IMG/VR virus record: IMGVR_UViG_3300042879_002476
Coordinates: 2,391 to 66,390 of that record
Length of the DNA stretch: 64,000 nucleotides
DNA from: a virus
Reading direction: 5' to 3' (one strand)
Under the pieces are notes generated by a model. That model did not search any database, was not told the origin of the DNA, and saw nothing but the letters and a program-made list of their open reading frames with translations. The position numbers and the translations under genes were made by a program. This document shows positions 1 to 8,686 of the stretch, one piece after another (position 1 is the stretch's first letter; each line of letters begins with the position of its first letter).

Positions 1-1
1 A

Positions 2-109
2 GGCGTGCTGTTTAAGGAATTGGATGAAAGTAGTGAGAGAAGATTATTAATAGGATATACAAATGACGGGTTACATAAAATGTTACTTAGAGTATGGCTA
101 AACAAATGA
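2..109 (+). CDS. 3' end of a hypothetical protein (partial, begins before the window)
   Basis: Open frame from base 2 (GVLFKELDES...LRVWLNK*) ending TGA at 107-109, which overlaps ATG 106 of the next gene (ATGA coupling). Confidence 0.5.
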   Translation, partial: GVLFKELDESSERRLLIGYTNDGLHKMLLRVWLNK

Positions 110-423
110 TACCAAAAATAAAAAGCTTCTTACCTCCCACTTTGATTACCGTATCAAGCGGTACTTATATGGTGGCGGGCAGTCAGTGGATAAAAGTACC
201 TTCCTCGACAGCTTATGCTTCCGTTAAAGAAGCTTGGATACCGGACCGGGATCCTATTATACCTAAACGTAAATCGGTAGAAATAAAAGCTTTTAACGTG
301 CTCAGCAGCAATGGTAAAAGTTCGTATGAAGTTAAATATGAAAACGGACAATGGTCCTGTGAATGTGCTGGGTTTGGGTTCCGTAGAAAATGTAAACATA
401 TTGAAACAGCTAAATCTAAATAA
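94..423 (+). CDS. SWIM-type zinc finger protein (true start may be ATG 106)
   Basis: C-terminal WSCECAGFGFRRKCKH matches the SWIM CxC...CxH pattern. Confidence 0.8.
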   Translation: MAKQMIPKIKSFLPPTLITVSSGTYMVAGSQWIKVPSSTAYASVKEAWIPDRDPIIPKRKSVEIKAFNVLSSNGKSSYEVKYENGQWSCECAGFGFRRKCKHIETAKSK

Positions 424-885
424 ATGAACTGCAAGAATTGTAATAACGAATTGCCTCAGAAACGTGTATCTTTGGGTTACAAAGTATGCGTATCCTGTTC
501 AGACGTAGAAACCTACGGGTGTGTAAATATTATTAACCATAAGACCGGTAATACCGTCCAACCTTTACCTAAATCACAAGCAGCAGCTATTAATAAAATA
601 GGTGATAGAAAAAGATTTGGTACGGTGTTAAAAGGTGGCAGTAAGTCATCTACCTACAATCCTGGTAAAGATATTAAAATAGGATGTTCTACTACGTTTG
701 TAGGGTCTGCAGAATCCTATAATATAGTAGGCGAAGAAAGTATGAAAATCTTAGATACGAAAGGATATGAAGCTGCTACACTTTTTATTGATAAACAGGT
801 AAAAAATTATTATATTAGTGGTAGTCAGGCTTTTAAACTTAAACGATTAATCAATCAAATATCTGTATATGAAAAACAAAATTGA
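424..885 (+). CDS. Protein with N-terminal DksA/TraR-like C4 zinc finger
   Basis: CKNCNNELPQKRVSLGYKVCVSC fits CxxC-x3-[IL]P-x2-R-x6-CxxC. Confidence 0.6.
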   Translation: MNCKNCNNELPQKRVSLGYKVCVSCSDVETYGCVNIINHKTGNTVQPLPKSQAAAINKIGDRKRFGTVLKGGSKSSTYNPGKDIKIGCSTTFVGSAESYNIVGEESMKILDTKGYEAATLFIDKQVKNYYISGSQAFKLKRLINQISVYEKQN

Positions 886-1162
886 TAGACCGGAAATCTA
901 TATTGATTTAGCCGTAGACAAATTCGTTCTCCGTAGAGAAGAGGATGGTAAAATTATCAAAGGCACTGTAGTCAAGTATATTGAATGGAATGAAAATGGT
1001 ACATTCAAAGCAGTATATGAAGAACCTGCAGTAGGACGTAGTATAATTGTAGACCCTGCACCTTATGGTACCTATCGTTGGATGACTACCGAGATCACAG
1101 AAATCCTTCCTAATAAAGTATTCAAAACTAAAAACTCTACTTACACTTTATATGAATTGTAA
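869..1162 (+). CDS. Hypothetical phage protein
   Basis: ORF overlapping the previous gene; C-terminal FKTKNSTYTL motif typical of small phage proteins. Confidence 0.65.
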   Translation: MKNKIDRPEIYIDLAVDKFVLRREEDGKIIKGTVVKYIEWNENGTFKAVYEEPAVGRSIIVDPAPYGTYRWMTTEITEILPNKVFKTKNSTYTLYEL

Positions 1163-1164
1163 AT

Positions 1165-1548
1165 TTGTGTATGAATTATTCTTTAGTATATGATAGGGTA
1201 GAATCCTACCTTATGAGTTTAGGCGACATCGATATTCAATCGGGCAGGGAATTTTCGTATGAATTTGATGATGAATCTCGTTTTCATATTATCAAGGTTC
1301 CTCCAAAATCTAGGAACACTTTATCTGGAATAATCGGATTGTTACATGAATACGGCCATGCCCGGTCGCCTAAAACTCCGTTTTTAAATATGGCAGGAAA
1401 ACCTCTAATATTAGAACGCGAGTTTAAAGCCTGGGAAGTAGGTAGGAAAATTCTTAAAAAACTAAAATTACAGGAATTAGATTCCGAATATTGTAAAGAA
1501 TGGGCTCGCTGTTGGAATACGTATATTGAATTCCAAAATTATAGTTAA
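1165..1548 (+). CDS. HExxH metallopeptidase-like protein (start probably ATG 1171)
   Basis: LLHEYGHA motif with downstream EREFKAW (zincin-like third ligand). Confidence 0.65.
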   Translation: MCMNYSLVYDRVESYLMSLGDIDIQSGREFSYEFDDESRFHIIKVPPKSRNTLSGIIGLLHEYGHARSPKTPFLNMAGKPLILEREFKAWEVGRKILKKLKLQELDSEYCKEWARCWNTYIEFQNYS

Positions 1549-1619
1549 TTGAATAGTCATTTTCGGACCCGACGGGCGGTCCGGGTAGTAATTTGTGAAT
1601 CAATTAGTTACAGTACATC

Positions 1620-1648
1620 TTGTATATTATTTAGATAATCGCTATATT
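1620..1648 (+). promoter_or_regulatory. Sigma70-like early/middle promoter
   Basis: TTGTAT (1620-1625), 17-nt spacer, TATATT (1643-1648), upstream of the small ORF/tRNA/tmRNA cluster. Confidence 0.55.
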
Positions 1649-1673
1649 TAATGTATATAGTAAAATTTTAAAA

Positions 1674-1796
1674 ATGGAACAGGAAGCAATTTACATGTAT
1701 TACAGCAATTCTAATATTAAGTTATATACTCCTAATTATGAATTAGCTGTTGGCCGAGCTCGAGTACACGGTACTTACAACGTGTATATCGTTTAA
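1674..1796 (+). CDS. Small hypothetical protein (40 aa), not in the ORF track
   Basis: MEQEAIYMYYSNSNIKLYTPNYELAVGRARVHGTYNVYIV*; A-rich leader, directly after the promoter, fills the gap before the tRNA. Confidence 0.55.
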   Translation: MEQEAIYMYYSNSNIKLYTPNYELAVGRARVHGTYNVYIV

Positions 1797-1805
1797 GGTG
1801 TAACT

Positions 1806-1877
1806 AGACCCATAATTTAACGGATAAAATACCTGCCTTCTAAGCAGGCCATAGTGGTTCGATTCCACTTGGGTCTA
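1806..1877 (+). tRNA. tRNA-Arg (anticodon TCT)
   Basis: Acceptor AGACCCA/TGGGTCT; anticodon arm CCTGC-CT TCT AA-GCAGG; T-arm AGTGG-TTCGATT-CCACT; CCA not encoded. Confidence 0.9.
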
Positions 1878-1888
1878 CTAAAAATAAT

Positions 1889-2203
1889 ATGGCAAAATCT
1901 AAAAAATATCATATTGAGGAATATTTATTTGTAAATAGAAGACCATTTGTACAAGGCGTTGCTAATCTAGTAGAAACCCAAAAAGAATTGTTATCATTGC
2001 CATGGGTTCGAGGAATAGCAAGAAAGTACGGGTGTACTAAGTTTACTATTTCAAATGAAGAAGAATTTCCTGATACTAAACTATTAGTAGGAGAAAATGA
2101 AGATTGTACTTTTTGGTGGTGTATAGCTATACTACCTAAAGACTTTCCGATTGATCTTCCTACATTTACTAAAGAATTACAAAATAATGAAGCATCTAAA
2201 TAA
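1889..2203 (+). CDS. Hypothetical protein
   Basis: 104-aa ORF between tRNA-Arg and tmRNA with A-rich leader. Confidence 0.65.
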   Translation: MAKSKKYHIEEYLFVNRRPFVQGVANLVETQKELLSLPWVRGIARKYGCTKFTISNEEEFPDTKLLVGENEDCTFWWCIAILPKDFPIDLPTFTKELQNNEASK

Positions 2204-2318
2204 ATTATGGGAACAATTTAAATCATTAATCTTAATGCCGGCAGCTGCAATAGTGTTACTAACCTTGTTTGCTAAAGGAGTATGGTTACTGGTTAAATAC
2301 GTTTGGAATTTATTTTAA
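2187..2318 (+). CDS. Small predicted membrane protein (43 aa), not in the ORF track
   Basis: MKHLNKLWEQFKSLILMPAAAIVLLTLFAKGVWLLVKYVWNLF*; one hydrophobic helix; stops 3 nt before the tmRNA. Confidence 0.55.
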   Translation: MKHLNKLWEQFKSLILMPAAAIVLLTLFAKGVWLLVKYVWNLF

Positions 2319-2321
2319 TAT

Positions 2322-2703
2322 GGGCCCGACCGGAATCGACAGGTAGTGGACGATCTTAATATGCAGGTAGAGTTAGCATTGGAAACTCTTTAATAACCTA
2401 TGTACAAATTAAATGGCGAAGAGAAATCTTCTTTCACTTTCGAAGACGCAATGTCTTTCGTTGGTGCTGATTACGCAGTAGCTGCATAATCAACGGGGTA
2501 GCTCCTTACCTTGGAACAGAAGTGAGCCTATAGTGAGGCGGGGTTTTCGGTGCAAGCCTTTATCAGGAACCGGCCACAGTTTACGGGTGACGATGGAAAA
2601 ACAGGAACCCGTTATTTCGTTTGGTTAGAAAACTAAACTAAACCTGTGAATGAGTGTTCTGAAAGCACTAAGCTGGACGTGGGTTCGAATCCCACCGGGT
2701 CCA
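2322..2703 (+). ncRNA. ssrA: tmRNA (transfer-messenger RNA)
   Basis: 5' GGGCCCG-AC-CGGAATCGAC; 3' GGACGTGGGTTCGAATCCCACCGGGTCCA; acceptor stem with G3:U wobble (Ala identity); internal tag ORF 2415-2489 GEEKSSFTFEDAMSFVGADYAVAA*. Confidence 0.93.
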
Positions 2704-2707
2704 CAAT

Positions 2708-2779
2708 GGTCCGTTCGACAAGCGGTTAAGTCATCTCCCTTTCACGGAGAAGTCAGGGGTTCGATTCCCCTACGGACTA
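2708..2779 (+). tRNA. tRNA-Glu (anticodon TTC)
   Basis: Acceptor GGTCCGT/ACGGACT; anticodon arm TCTCC-CT TTC AC-GGAGA; T-arm AGGGG-TTCGATT-CCCCT. Confidence 0.93.
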
Positions 2780-2819
2780 CAATTTTTCAGAGTGCTATAT
2801 TTATAGTAAATTTATTGTT

Positions 2820-3686
2820 ATGGGTAAGAAGTTGGGTTATGTAGTAGATGAAGCAAATAATTCTTTTTTTATAACGGATTCTGAAAAAGTAGATTCATTA
2901 CCTGCAGGATGTTATCGTATAGAACAAGGTCCGGATTCTATGCTGTTTTTTAAAAGAGTAGTTCTTGATACTAAATCTATTTTAATTTTACCTGATTCGC
3001 CATTGCCCAAATTATTAGATGAAGTAAATAAATTTTGGTCTGAATCTTCTAAATACGAGAAGTTTAAGTTACCTCACAAACGAGGTATGTTACTACACGG
3101 TAAACCGGGATCTGGAAAAACTAGTAGTATTTTAAAAATCTGTGAAGATTCAATTAAACATAATTCATTAGTAATAATTTGTAATTACTTTGATGATATA
3201 CAAAAGTTACAAATACAAAAGATACGAGAAATAGAGCCGGACAGACCGCTAGTTATTGTATTAGAACAATTAGAAGTATGTTTATTTGAAGAAGGGGGTC
3301 ATATTAATGTAGATCTATTAAACTTCATAGACGGTACCTCAGATATAAATCACGTATTATTTTTAGCTAGTACTACTAACTTAGATTTTATACCGGACAC
3401 GATTAAGAAAAGACCTAGTAGGTTTGATTTAAAAGTTGAAATCGCATTACCTAACTCATCTGATAGAGAATTTTATTTTACTAATATGATTCCTGAAAAG
3501 GAATTTAAAAAAATAGATTTACAAGCTTGGGTAAAAGCTACCGATGGTTATACTATTTCACATTTAAAAGAATTAATTACTAGCCATTTTATATACGGCT
3601 ACCCATTTAAATCGGCAATATCAAATATCAATAAAATATTAAACGATAACGAACGAGAAATAGGTTTTAATAATAGTGAAGAATAA
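2820..3686 (+). CDS. AAA+ family ATPase
   Basis: RGMLLHGKPGSGKT Walker A; second region of homology STTN...RPSRFD; Walker B region degenerate (VIVLEQLE). Confidence 0.85.
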   Translation: MGKKLGYVVDEANNSFFITDSEKVDSLPAGCYRIEQGPDSMLFFKRVVLDTKSILILPDSPLPKLLDEVNKFWSESSKYEKFKLPHKRGMLLHGKPGSGKTSSILKICEDSIKHNSLVIICNYFDDIQKLQIQKIREIEPDRPLVIVLEQLEVCLFEEGGHINVDLLNFIDGTSDINHVLFLASTTNLDFIPDTIKKRPSRFDLKVEIALPNSSDREFYFTNMIPEKEFKKIDLQAWVKATDGYTISHLKELITSHFIYGYPFKSAISNINKILNDNEREIGFNNSEE

Positions 3687-3687
3687 C

Positions 3688-3716
3688 TTGTTTTAAAATA
3701 ATTTTATTATTATATT
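3688..3716 (+). promoter_or_regulatory. Sigma70-like promoter
   Basis: TTGTTT (3688-3693), 17-nt spacer, TATATT (3711-3716). Confidence 0.45.
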
Positions 3717-3861
3717 AGATTCAAGACGTCAGAATCTAGATTTACATTTTAAGAATACAAGAAACGTATTGTTATTTTAAACTTACAACCTTTAATACTG
3801 GGGGCTTCGCTTTAAAGATTAAAGATATTTATATAAAATAAAATTTTAATACTTAATTATT

Positions 3862-4317
3862 ATGAAAAAAGTATTACAAAAATTAGAAAAATCTAATTTT
3901 ATAAAGCAAGTTCATAAACAAGTGATCGTAGCTGATACTATAAATTTTATAGATACTCTTAAATCTAATAAGAATAAATTTTTATGTACTAAAGTATTCA
4001 AGTTAGATAATGATTATTTAGATTTTATGGATTTGCGCATTAAGAGCACTTTAATATTGTCTGGATTTTATGATTATTTGCATACATTTATAAATAAAAA
4101 TACCGACGATATTATGTTAACTTGTAATATTGATAATAATTTTACTTTTCTAGCATTTAAAAATATACAAAAAAGTACAGATATAATAGAAGATATATTT
4201 TTAACAGAAAATAAAATACCTATACATTTATCTACAATAGATTTGGATTATGAAACTAAAATACATATATTAATGTATGATAATAAATTCCAATTTCCTG
4301 GATTCAGTTTAAATTAA
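3862..4317 (+). CDS. Hypothetical protein
   Basis: 151-aa ORF after TATTTATA motif (3826-3833). Confidence 0.6.
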   Translation: MKKVLQKLEKSNFIKQVHKQVIVADTINFIDTLKSNKNKFLCTKVFKLDNDYLDFMDLRIKSTLILSGFYDYLHTFINKNTDDIMLTCNIDNNFTFLAFKNIQKSTDIIEDIFLTENKIPIHLSTIDLDYETKIHILMYDNKFQFPGFSLN

Positions 4318-4320
4318 ATT

Positions 4321-4503
4321 ATGAAAAGAAAACAAATTGTATTAGACAGGCTTGAAGATATTGACAACGTTTTAATATCACTATATCAAGCCTTGCAACA
4401 ACCTAAAGTCACTAAAGATCAGGCAGAATATTATATTAATGTAATTCGCGAACGGTTAAAGGATGTGGATAATCTAGTTAGATTAGAAGATCATGCCTAC
4501 TAA
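4321..4503 (+). CDS. Small helical hypothetical protein
   Basis: 60-aa ORF tightly packed between neighbours. Confidence 0.6.
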   Translation: MKRKQIVLDRLEDIDNVLISLYQALQQPKVTKDQAEYYINVIRERLKDVDNLVRLEDHAY

Positions 4504-4678
4504 TACTAAATCATTAAATTGCGAAAGATGCGATGATCTAGTATCCGATGTAAGTAAAGAGGCAGTAAGTGTCTTATGTTGGAAATGCACAATTAAATTA
4601 TTAAGTAGAAATATAGATGAAACAATTGACAGAACAACAAATACAACAGAATTACCAGAATCTTCTGAACACGATTGA
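4493..4678 (+). CDS. Small zinc-ribbon protein
   Basis: CERC...CWKC. Confidence 0.55.
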   Translation: MPTNTKSLNCERCDDLVSDVSKEAVSVLCWKCTIKLLSRNIDETIDRTTNTTELPESSEHD

Positions 4679-5384
4679 TAAATACATTGAGTCTCCCAGA
4701 AAAGAAAAAATACTAAAACTCTATTCGGATTATGATGAAACGATAGCATTAGCCCCGGCATCAGGTAAAGAATCGTATCATAATTGTTTTATCGGAGGGT
4801 ATGTAGATCACGTACTTAATGTAATTAAATGTGGGTTGCTAGTACATGAAGGATGGCAACGTATGGGTCAAATTGATGATTATACTACAGAAGAATTAGT
4901 ATTTGCATTGATACACCATGATTTAGGTAAAATAGGTATCGATGGCGAACCGTATTATATACCAAATCCTTCAGAATGGCATAAGAAGAATCAAGGTGCT
5001 ATTTATACTCAGAACCCTAAATTAAATTTTATGACGGTGCCTGACAGAGGATTGTTTTTATTGCAGCAGTATGGTATTGAATGTACATTTAATGAGTGGG
5101 TTGCGATTAAAACACATGACGGTTTGTATGATGAAGCCAATAAAGCATATTTAATTTCGTATTCTGATGATGGTAAACTTCGTAGTAACTTGCCCTATAT
5201 AGTACAGCAAGCCGATACCATGGCGGCTAGAATTGAATGGCAACAATGGAGAGAAAATCAGGAAGGTCGCGACACTAAGATAGTGAAGGGAGATTCATCT
5301 TTGAAAAGTAAAATGAATATTTTATCATCAGCACCTAAAAGCGAATCAGCAGCAAAATTATTTGATCAATTATTTAATTCATGA
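4617..5384 (+). CDS. HD-domain phosphohydrolase
   Basis: YH...GGYVDH, LIHHDLGK, HDG and QADTMA motifs. Confidence 0.88.
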   Translation: MKQLTEQQIQQNYQNLLNTIDKYIESPRKEKILKLYSDYDETIALAPASGKESYHNCFIGGYVDHVLNVIKCGLLVHEGWQRMGQIDDYTTEELVFALIHHDLGKIGIDGEPYYIPNPSEWHKKNQGAIYTQNPKLNFMTVPDRGLFLLQQYGIECTFNEWVAIKTHDGLYDEANKAYLISYSDDGKLRSNLPYIVQQADTMAARIEWQQWRENQEGRDTKIVKGDSSLKSKMNILSSAPKSESAAKLFDQLFNS

Positions 5385-5674
5385 TAACAACTATTATATT
5401 AATATTACCATCGGTATTACTACTAATTTCGATATATGTAAATTGGAACTTGTATAGAAAAGTAGGTATATTAGAAAAATATTCTACAGATTTTTTAACT
5501 GAGTTGACCACTTTAAAAGAAAAAATTTCATTAGCTAATAAAATAATGAACGATGCAGATACTAAAGGAGGATTTAGTTCAGACGATGAAATCGGATCCG
5601 TATTTAAACTAATAAAAGGCTGTATTGAATATTTGGATGGCGATAATACGGAGATAGAAGATTATGGCAAGTAA
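5381..5674 (+). CDS. Membrane-anchored hypothetical protein
   Basis: Hydrophobic N-terminus (ITTIILILPSVLLLISIYV), then coiled-coil and GGFSSDDEIG. Confidence 0.65.
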   Translation: MITTIILILPSVLLLISIYVNWNLYRKVGILEKYSTDFLTELTTLKEKISLANKIMNDADTKGGFSSDDEIGSVFKLIKGCIEYLDGDNTEIEDYGK

Positions 5675-6347
5675 CATATATTTCTCAAAAGACACGGAAG
5701 CTGCTATTGTAGAATACGTTTTAGAATCCGATCAAACGGTACGTGATAGATTATATAAAACTAGAATTGATCGAGCATTTAATAAATTAGTAGAAAATTT
5801 GATTCATAAATATAAATTTTATAATTATGAAGTTTCATATGAAGATGCTAAACATGAGGTAATTAGTTTTTTAATTGAAAAATTACATAAGTTTAAAGCT
5901 GAAAAAGGCAAGGCATATTCATATTTTACTGTAATCGGTAGAAATTATTTAATCGCTAAAAATAAGAGTCATTACAATAAAATAAAAACTAAAGAAGAAC
6001 TTTCGGTCATTGATGATACTAGGGACCTTTTAAATGAAATTTCTAATTCTGAAAAACAATCAGAGCTTAAAGATTTTCTCGATATATATGTCACTTATTG
6101 TGATGCTAATTTGAGTTCATTGTTTTCTAAACTACGCGATATACAGATCGCTAATGCAGTTTTAGAATTGTTTAGGCGTAGAGAAAATATTGAAGAATTT
6201 AATAAAAAAGCTTTATATATTATGATACGTGAAATGACGGATTCAAGTACACATGATATATCAAAAGTAGTTAATGTTCTAAGAAAGAAATATCAAGAAA
6301 TGTATATAGAATACCAAAAAAATTCTGAATTTTTAGAAACCCCTTAA
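5664..6347 (+). CDS. gp55: Phage late-transcription sigma factor (T4 gp55-like)
   Basis: Sigma region-2-like KLVENLIHKYKF...EDAKHEVISFLIEKLHKF...KAYSYFTVIGRNY; T4-like context. Confidence 0.72.
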   Translation: MASNIYFSKDTEAAIVEYVLESDQTVRDRLYKTRIDRAFNKLVENLIHKYKFYNYEVSYEDAKHEVISFLIEKLHKFKAEKGKAYSYFTVIGRNYLIAKNKSHYNKIKTKEELSVIDDTRDLLNEISNSEKQSELKDFLDIYVTYCDANLSSLFSKLRDIQIANAVLELFRRRENIEEFNKKALYIMIREMTDSSTHDISKVVNVLRKKYQEMYIEYQKNSEFLETP

Positions 6348-6362
6348 TTAAGGGGTTTTTTT
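6337..6362 (+). terminator. Intrinsic terminator
   Basis: Perfect palindrome AAACCCCTTAATTAAGGGGTTT followed by a T-run. Confidence 0.8.
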
Positions 6363-6392
6363 ACATCCTATATTTATATTAAATATAAACAT

Positions 6393-6752
6393 ATGTCAAT
6401 AGATAAAAATACGCCTATATTTGACGATGTATCTTTTTCAGATATAGCCAAGGAAATTTATTCAAAGAAAAAAGAAAAAGATAATCAGTTGCAAGTTCTA
6501 ATACAGGAATTAAAACCGTATGTTAAAAATATATCGGATGCTGCAATATTAGTGCCTTTAATTAAAGAATACATGGAAATCGGCGTTAAAAACGATGAAA
6601 TTTTAGTTAAACTTTCTTCTATTATACAAAAACTAATCGTTGCGGATTCTAATAATAGCGATTCTGGAGGTGAATTTGGATTATCTGATGAAGAGAAAAA
6701 ACAGTTATTGGCCGAAGCAAACTCGTTAAAATCTGAATTAAAGATAATATAA
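6393..6752 (+). CDS. Helical hypothetical protein (terminase small subunit not excluded)
   Basis: 119-aa ORF after TATTTATA (6371-6378), first gene of the late/baseplate block. Confidence 0.55.
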   Translation: MSIDKNTPIFDDVSFSDIAKEIYSKKKEKDNQLQVLIQELKPYVKNISDAAILVPLIKEYMEIGVKNDEILVKLSSIIQKLIVADSNNSDSGGEFGLSDEEKKQLLAEANSLKSELKII

Positions 6753-6753
6753 G

Positions 6754-8226
6754 ATGGCATACATAAATCCGTTATCCAAGAGTGTAGTAAAAACAGAACC
6801 TGGTAGATTAAAACAGGGCTCTGACTTTAGTAGCATTATTTTTGGGGAAGTTATAGAAACTATACTTTCAGGACCGGATGCAGGCATTGTAAAGTTTAGG
6901 CATTATAAAAGTTCTAATGAAGATGTAAATACAATTAATAATGCAGCGCTGCCTTTATTTGCTAATATTAAAGTATATCCGTTAGCAGGTGAATATGTAA
7001 TGATATTTAATTTGGGTAAACCGTATTATATACCTTTAAATTATTGGAATAATCCGGTTACTAATATAGGTGCTCCCATATTAAATACTACATTAGGTAA
7101 CCAAGTACAAGATATATCTAAAATTGCAGGTGCCAATAAAACATTTTCATCTACTGATAGAGTACATATTATAACCGGAAATCAAGAAGGCGATGTTGTA
7201 TTCGAAGGCAGGTTTGGGCAATCTATAAAACTTGGGAGTACGGTTAAATTAAATGGTGCTTCCCAGAATTCATGGTCTACTTCCGATTTAACTAATAACG
7301 GAGATCCCATAACAATTATTAGGAATGGAATCCGAAATCCTTTAGAAAATATAACCGATGATGATTCTTCTATATATCTATGTTCCACTCAAAAAATTAG
7401 AGTAGATAACGGCGATAATGGGTTTGAAGGTATAACGGGTACGTGGAGTACGATTAATGTATCGAGCGCAGCCGTAGAAATCGAAGAAGATTCTTATAAA
7501 TTGAGTCCAGAAGAAATTCAAGCATTAATAGATAGTCGCAATCAGGCTCAACAGGATTTAAATAATGCTCAGGCAACTGGTAATATAGCTGGGGCAGCTG
7601 CTGCACAAGAAAGAATATCATATGTAGATAGGCAGATACAATCCGGGGAAGCAGCTGCAGTACCATATACCGATACGCCACCACCTCAAATAGATCCCAG
7701 TGTAACTGAATTGTGTAAAAAGATTATTGCATATGCACAAAAAGATATTGGCGTAACAGAACAACCGCCTAATTCAAATAGCGGACCTAGAGTAAATCAA
7801 ATGCTTTCCGGTACTGGATTAGGCCCTGGAAATTATTGGTGTGCAGCAGCCGTAACATCTTGGTATAAAGCCGCTGGTGCTGATACTCCGCCTTCCGGCT
7901 TGGCATCTTGCGATGTTTGGATGCGTTGGGCACAACAAAAAGGATTGTTTTCTAAAGTACCTGTACCGGGCGCTGCGGTTTTATACGGTACTTTAGCAGA
8001 CGCACATCACATAGGTATAGTAGAGTCTGTAGATACGAATACGTACCCAGCAAGGGGGTCAGTAGTAACAATTGAAGGTAATACTTCTGCAGGTAAAGCT
8101 GACAGGAACGGTGGGGGTATATTTAGAAAACGTCCCAATTTAAATGCTACTAATTTTGCAGTTGTAGGTTATATATTACCGGCAGCCTCCGGTAAATTAG
8201 CCGCGTGTGCACAAATAAAAAGATAA
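6754..8226 (+). CDS. Baseplate hub/spike protein (gp5-like N-terminus) with C-terminal CHAP peptidoglycan hydrolase
   Basis: N-terminal FGEVIE...YPLAGEYV OB-like region; GDVVFEGRFGQSIKLG; CHAP motifs NYWCAAAV, HHIGIVE, TIEGNT. Confidence 0.75.
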   Translation: MAYINPLSKSVVKTEPGRLKQGSDFSSIIFGEVIETILSGPDAGIVKFRHYKSSNEDVNTINNAALPLFANIKVYPLAGEYVMIFNLGKPYYIPLNYWNNPVTNIGAPILNTTLGNQVQDISKIAGANKTFSSTDRVHIITGNQEGDVVFEGRFGQSIKLGSTVKLNGASQNSWSTSDLTNNGDPITIIRNGIRNPLENITDDDSSIYLCSTQKIRVDNGDNGFEGITGTWSTINVSSAAVEIEEDSYKLSPEEIQALIDSRNQAQQDLNNAQATGNIAGAAAAQERISYVDRQIQSGEAAAVPYTDTPPPQIDPSVTELCKKIIAYAQKDIGVTEQPPNSNSGPRVNQMLSGTGLGPGNYWCAAAVTSWYKAAGADTPPSGLASCDVWMRWAQQKGLFSKVPVPGAAVLYGTLADAHHIGIVESVDTNTYPARGSVVTIEGNTSAGKADRNGGGIFRKRPNLNATNFAVVGYILPAASGKLAACAQIKR

Positions 8227-8227
8227 C

Positions 8228-8686
8228 ATGGCTGAAGCGGTATTACATATACAATTGCCCAATGAATTTTCGGGTAAACAAGTATTAATTAAATCAGATA
8301 GATTGGTATTTAATGCAGCTACTAATGATATTATTTTAGCCGCTAAAGGTACTATTGCATTAGCTGCAAACGATCAAATTCATATAAATTCTAAAAGTAA
8401 TTTATATTTGAATGTGGAAGATGGAGCTAAAATAGTAGTTGGTAAATCTGGATCTAAAACTAGAAAATCAGAACAGCCGGCAGTTATGGGTACTAGTTTG
8501 CAAACTTTTTTAGAAGATTTAATGCAATTATTAGTTACATTCGGAGTTACTACGCCTAGCGGCGAAGGTCAGGCAAGTCCTAGAGTAAATACCGAAATTC
8601 AAAAATTTAAGAGGAAATATTTTAGTAAAAATTCTAAAGATTACATATTATCTGATTTACTTTTTATAGCAGACAACAAAAAATAA
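8228..8686 (+). CDS. gp5 C-terminal beta-helix-like spike protein
   Basis: Short beta repeats (QVLIKSDRLVFNA, DIILAAKGTIAL, QIHINSKSNLYL) then QPAVMG, as in spike C-termini. Confidence 0.55.
   Translation: MAEAVLHIQLPNEFSGKQVLIKSDRLVFNAATNDIILAAKGTIALAANDQIHINSKSNLYLNVEDGAKIVVGKSGSKTRKSEQPAVMGTSLQTFLEDLMQLLVTFGVTTPSGEGQASPRVNTEIQKFKRKYFSKNSKDYILSDLLFIADNKK

Noticed and set aside
2650-2844. 64-aa + strand ORF in the track
   Set aside because: Overlaps the tmRNA 3' end and tRNA-Glu; it is a translation of structured RNA
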